DNA of 64,000 bases from Macrostomum lignano (lineage: Eukaryota), in contig NIVC01001486.1 of assembly GCA_002269645.1 (NCBI GenBank), positions 186,001 to 250,000 on the forward strand, in the 5' to 3' direction. How positions within the stretch are numbered: position 1 is the stretch's first letter; the number at the start of each line of letters is the position of its first letter. Positions 62,862 to 64,000 of the stretch are shown here, piece after piece. The position numbers and the translations under genes were made by a program. The notes beneath the pieces were generated by a model. The model saw nothing but the letters and a program-made list of their open reading frames with translations, searched no databases and was not told the origin of the DNA.

Positions 62862-63813
62862 ATCGTGCCCGCCACCCTGAATTATCTTATCCTAGCGCCT
62901 TTGTGAAAGTCAAAGACAACACGGTTAATATTTACTATAATAATCTAACTATTCTTTGGGCTAGCATATTTTATTTAAATATTACCGATTGCTTGGTCCT
63001 TTGTTTTTTTGTTTTTTTAATCGAATTTTGATGACGTAATTATAAAAGATTCATGCGGTAATCGGATGTGTCTAAAAGCTGAGATAGATGGCTTTAGTGA
63101 CTGTAGAAGGCCAAAACCTACATGTAGTTTATTATTATTTTCTTTTCTTGACTCTTCATCAGGGGGGGGGGCAGATCGCAAGTTTAGCGCACTATTAAAT
63201 CAATTCGTTTGAAATGATGGATTTCGGCTCGCTTTAAACACTAGGCTGAGCAAAGATGGCCTGGGTTCAGCCACTCTGCTGGAGCTACAAGTTACGGCTC
63301 CATATTCTTGCTTCTTACAAGAAAATTTAACGGAAATTGATGCGTGACTTCGCTCGCAGTCTTCGTCTTTCTGTCAATCAAAGCACGTGAGAGAAGTTAT
63401 TCTCAGGAAGCTGGGAGGGAAGCTGATTCTACAGGCTTTCCTTCATCGCAGCTTTTCGACAGAGGCGGGCATTGTTTGCCCAGACAAAAAAACAATATTT
63501 TCTCTTCCTGTGGCTGAACCAAGGAAGCAGCACTTCCTCTGGCATAGAGTCCGAGAGACGCTGTGAGGTTTCTTTTGCTTCTAGCAACTTTTCTTGACTC
63601 ATTCGTTTCGATCTGGTAGCGATTCATGTAGCAAACAGGCTCCGTTAGATTTATGCTGCAGATTTTTGCCTTCTTTTAATAAGACTTCTCTGTCTTATTA
63701 AAATTCGGCATTAACGATGGCTTTGTGTATTTTACTTCTTAGACTGCGTTCAGTTGGATTTTCAGTGTCACTCCTGACTTCCGGTATGCCGTTGCTATGC
63801 TGTTGTTATGCCG

Positions 63814-63999
63814 CTAGTCGCGCTGGTAGAGAGTCCAGTCGGGTCCGGTCAGGCTGGCTGGCGGGTAGGCGAACGCCAGCAGGTGGCAGGCGAGCAGCCG
63901 CTGGGAGAAAACAGCGGCCTGACAGTCGGCTCTGGCGCTGCACCGGAGCAGGCAGTCAGCGTCAGTCTGGGCAGCGGTCGGCCAGGACGAGGTCCTGGA
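63814..63999 (-). CDS. 3' end of a PAN/apple-domain protein gene (runs off the window)
   Basis: ...DADCLLRCSARADCQAAVFSQRLLACHLLAFAYPPASLTGPDWTLYQRD*; GC-rich codon pattern; same Cys spacing as the PAN domain at 7080-7250. Confidence 0.7.
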   Translation of the reverse strand, partial: SRTSSWPTAAQTDADCLLRCSARADCQAAVFSQRLLACHLLAFAYPPASLTGPDWTLYQRD

Positions 64000-64000
64000 G

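Noticed and set aside
63029-63075. Alternative SECIS (ATGACGTAATTATAAAA...GGAT)
   Set aside because: Only 9 nt separate the core and AA, with weak helix pairing; a poorer fit than 62783-62861.

Overview
This is eukaryotic (animal) genomic DNA with GC-rich exons, canonical GT-AG introns and many minisatellite-filled introns. That architecture plus a Grx-fused selenoprotein TGR suggests a free-living flatworm such as Macrostomum (inference only). By manual splicing I reconstructed five multi-exon genes: a secreted WSC+PAN protein (7080-7933, -); a 12-exon kinesin-14/KIFC3-like motor with an unusual N-terminus (13317-26449, -); a pannexin/innexin-family channel nested antisense in kinesin intron 4 (21815-24039, +); ST7 (33366-39042, +); and thioredoxin-glutathione reductase ending Gly-Cys-Sec-Gly, with a candidate SECIS (47314-62153, +). 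The 3' end of a second PAN-domain gene is cut by the window edge. Mobile DNA includes a near-intact Ty3/Gypsy internal region without matching LTRs, a Gypsy 3' remnant, LINE and possible P-like remnants, two tRNA-derived SINE copies and several MITEs. The best novelty candidates are (1) the nested channel, which resembles chordate pannexins more than typical invertebrate innexins and carries an 11x11-aa amphipathic tail, and (2) its host kinesin-14, with a myristoylation-type N-terminus, a duplicated W-x3-P-L-x-W motif and a CUE/UBA-like segment. No rRNA, functional tRNA or CRISPR array was seen. All homology statements come from motifs recognised by eye, not from database searches.
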